From: Callorhinchus milii
Taxonomy: Eukaryota
Length of the DNA stretch: 64,000 nt
Direction: 5' to 3'
NCBI RefSeq assembly: GCF_018977255.1
Contig: NW_024704745.1
Location: 12,276,001-12,340,000, forward strand
Below the pieces are notes generated by a model, which saw only the letters and a program-made list of their open reading frames with translations, was not told the DNA's origin and did no database searches. Both the position numbers and the translations under genes were made by a program. This document shows, in pieces, positions 61,405-64,000 of this stretch (positions are counted from its first letter, which is position 1; every line of letters begins with the position of its first letter).

Positions 61405-61500
61405 TCTCACTCACTCACACTCACACTCGCTCACTCTCACTCACTCACACTCTCACTCTCACTCACTCACACACGCTCACTCTCACTCACTCACTCACTC
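61405..61500. repeat. (CACT/CTCA)n low-complexity tract in MAN1A2 intron 1
   Basis: Directly visible. Confidence 0.9.
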
Positions 61501-62689
61501 GCACCCACACGCCCTCGGCTCCTGTCGCGGTTATTCAGAGACTTGTCAACGTTTGGGGGGGTGTGGGGTGGGGGGTGGGGGGGAATCGTCAAGGAGTTGA
61601 CATTTGCGATCAGTGTGAAAGTGACGCGGTTCGCGAAGCTGTTTTCGACTCCGCCAACTGTGCTTCGTGTTCAAGGTCGACGTGTACAGCTGCTTTTTTT
61701 TTGTGGTTAAAAAAATAATAACCCCGAATGAGCGATTTGTCGGTGTTGAGCCGGTGACACTCGCCGAGGACGGTTTGTTGTTGCGGTGATGAAATCCCCC
61801 CCCCCCCCCCACCCCCACACGCCCCCCGTCATGTTATCCTGGGTTTTTCCTCACCGCAGGTTCACAAGCCTCGTTCATCTTCAAACGTTTAAATGACCAA
61901 AGGTTAAGATTATTGGATGCCATACTATCAGTTACACAGTCACTGCCGTCTGTTCCGTGAAGCGCTTTGAGACGTCTGGAAGACGTGCAAAGCGCTGTAT
62001 CAAATGCAAGGATTATTATTATTATTATTATTATTATTAGTGCCACTGCTGTTTAATTCCCTCCCGTTCCAACAATACCACATCATTTAATTATTCTCCC
62101 CGTTGGTTATCCCACACTAAGCGGTAAACTCCTCATTCGGGGCTAATCCACGATCTTGTTTATCAGTTGGGTCAGTTTCCAGTCGTGTGTGGTTTTGGAA
62201 AATTCAGGTGAACAGAATTATTCTCAGCCCTAACGCTGTGGCGTGTCCCTTGGTAATCCGGTACAAATTCTCTCAAGTCTGTCTGCACTTTCAATAACCA
62301 CTAGTTTTGTTGATCAACACATTTGATTGTTAAGCTCCAATAATTGTTGCAGTGGACTCCAGCTAACTGAACCTTATTGGCAATGTAACGCAGTGTAGGA
62401 AAAGTAGACGTTATGCTTTTTTTGAGGATTATGTTACATGATGTGAAAATGGCAAAATACCATGACCATTTTTAATCTTTCTGTGGTACGTAATCATTTA
62501 ATTATTTACCTCGTGATGAAGTGTCTATGCTCTCCTCCATTCATAGATCCTTATAAATTCTTGCTGCTTCAGCCCCATTCCGAGACCGCTATGGTCAATG
62601 GCCTTGGTTGACAAGCATAGTTCATGGGCCTTCCTGCTCCCCACTGTTAGAGAGATAAGAAATGAACTATGATGAATGACTAGGTAAGA

Positions 62690-62950
62690 TGAAGAGTTCT
62701 TCACCCTTGAAAAGTTGTGTCTCAAAAGAAAACCTTATAGAGGGTATAAAAGATGCTAACTGGGATAGGAAAAAAAACAGAAAATATTTTCCGGTAATCC
62801 AAGCCAATCGGAAAATAAGTGGTGTTCAGGGTTTTGAACGGCAAGTTTAGGATAGACACTGGAGATTATTTCTTTAAACAGTTGTATTCAACAGCTGGAA
62901 TAGGTTACCATGAAGGATGGCTGAGAGCAGGACGCTGGACTCATTTAATA
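62690..62950 (+). mobile_element. CR1 LINE 3' fragment in MAN1A2 intron 1
   Basis: ttcacccttgaaaagttgtgtctcaaaagaaaaccttatagaggg...ggcaagtttaggatagacactggagattatttc. Confidence 0.65.
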
Positions 62951-64000
62951 TACAACAACAACAAGATTACATTTGTTAGTGCCTTTTACATCGGGAGGAC
63001 GTGAATATAGTCTGATTCTGTAATACAATGATGGTACGGTTGTTATCCGGGAAGAAGACAAAATGGGCCAAGAAACCTTCTGCATTCAAACTTCTTTAAT
63101 GATTTTGTGACAGTAGCCTGTGAGGACAAAATTATTTTCAGCCTAAGCTATGACATGCCCATTGGCAATCAGTATCTTTCTCCTGAGGGACACCTCAGAC
63201 TTGTTTATTTATTTTGTATGTTCCTGTTCACGGGCAATTAAGCAGAGTGAGGGATCGAACTGTCTTCCCACTCTCTGCTATGAACGTAAAAATACACTTC
63301 TCAGCACAATAGCTAAGATAAAGCATTGCTGTTAATCTGCGACAAACATAAAATTTGCTTTCTGCGAGTAAATAAACCTATTGTGTATAGGGTGCTACCA
63401 CCCCATTTACATGGAGTGATTTTGAGATCCCAGGTAGGATTGTTATTGAAACGCGTGTCTCACTGCATCAATTTGAGTAGTTTTAATTTGGGGTGGTGGA
63501 CTATTTTGTTTTTTAAATGTGTCACTTGGGAGTGAAGGATGATAAAAACTGTTGTGACTAAGTGGGACTTCCTGTCAGTTGTAATATTAAAGTGTCAATG
63601 AACACCATGTAAAAAAATCTGCAATTCAGTACTGACTGCTCAAGGAAGGGTGAGGGTTGTTTTCAGCATTAGGGAAGAATGTTTTTGTCATTTTCTCTCT
63701 TCCCACAGCAATATGACCAGTTAATTTCAGATGATTAATCTAATATTGGGGGCTTCACAAGTGAGCCCATTCCTCAACTCTAAATTTCCAAACACTTGGA
63801 ACTTCCAGCATTTAACTGGATAATAATCAGCAGTGGATACCTCTGGTATTGTGTGTCGCCCCACTCCCCCCGGTGAAGCTGGTGCCATTTGCCGAGGATA
63901 ACAATAACAAATTTCGGAAGCATATTAAAAGTGAGAGGAACAAGGCCAGAGCTCTGTGCCCCAGGTCCTCACCTCTTTACTATTTACATGCTTCCGTTCA

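Larger units (their letters stand above)
59500..61800. promoter_or_regulatory. CpG island / MAN1A2 promoter and 5' leader
   Basis: Abrupt switch from AT-rich, CpG-poor DNA to very GC- and CpG-rich sequence around MAN1A2 exon 1, with GC-box-like motifs (ccccgccccc near 60250). Confidence 0.85.

Noticed and set aside
61018-64000. MAN1A2 exon 2
   Set aside because: No sequence encoding the expected EEEERLRNKIRADHEKAL-type segment was seen; it lies beyond the window.

Overview
Vertebrate genomic DNA, most likely a cartilaginous fish, possibly a chimaera. This is inferred from HER1-like CR1 LINE tails and abundant shark-type Deu-domain SINEs. Two protein-coding genes are supported, both on +. (1) The 3' half of a SIRP-alpha-like inhibitory immunoreceptor: C1-set Ig exon 396-695, transmembrane exon 3321-3425, short cytoplasmic exon 3847-3908 and a terminal exon (CDS 5291-5545) with three tyrosine motifs; all splice phases join into one open frame. 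(2) Coding exon 1 of the Golgi alpha-1,2-mannosidase MAN1A2 (60662-61017) inside a CpG island; intron 1 runs off the window. The ~54 kb between them has no gene I can identify. It is filled with a young tRNA-Ala-headed SINE, older SacSINE1-like DeuSINEs, CR1 and L2 LINE fragments, MITEs, microsatellites and an unclassified structured repeat family. Most ORF-track entries are repeat-derived or GC/microsatellite artefacts. All similarities were judged by eye against remembered family consensuses; no searches were run, and repeat boundaries are approximate.
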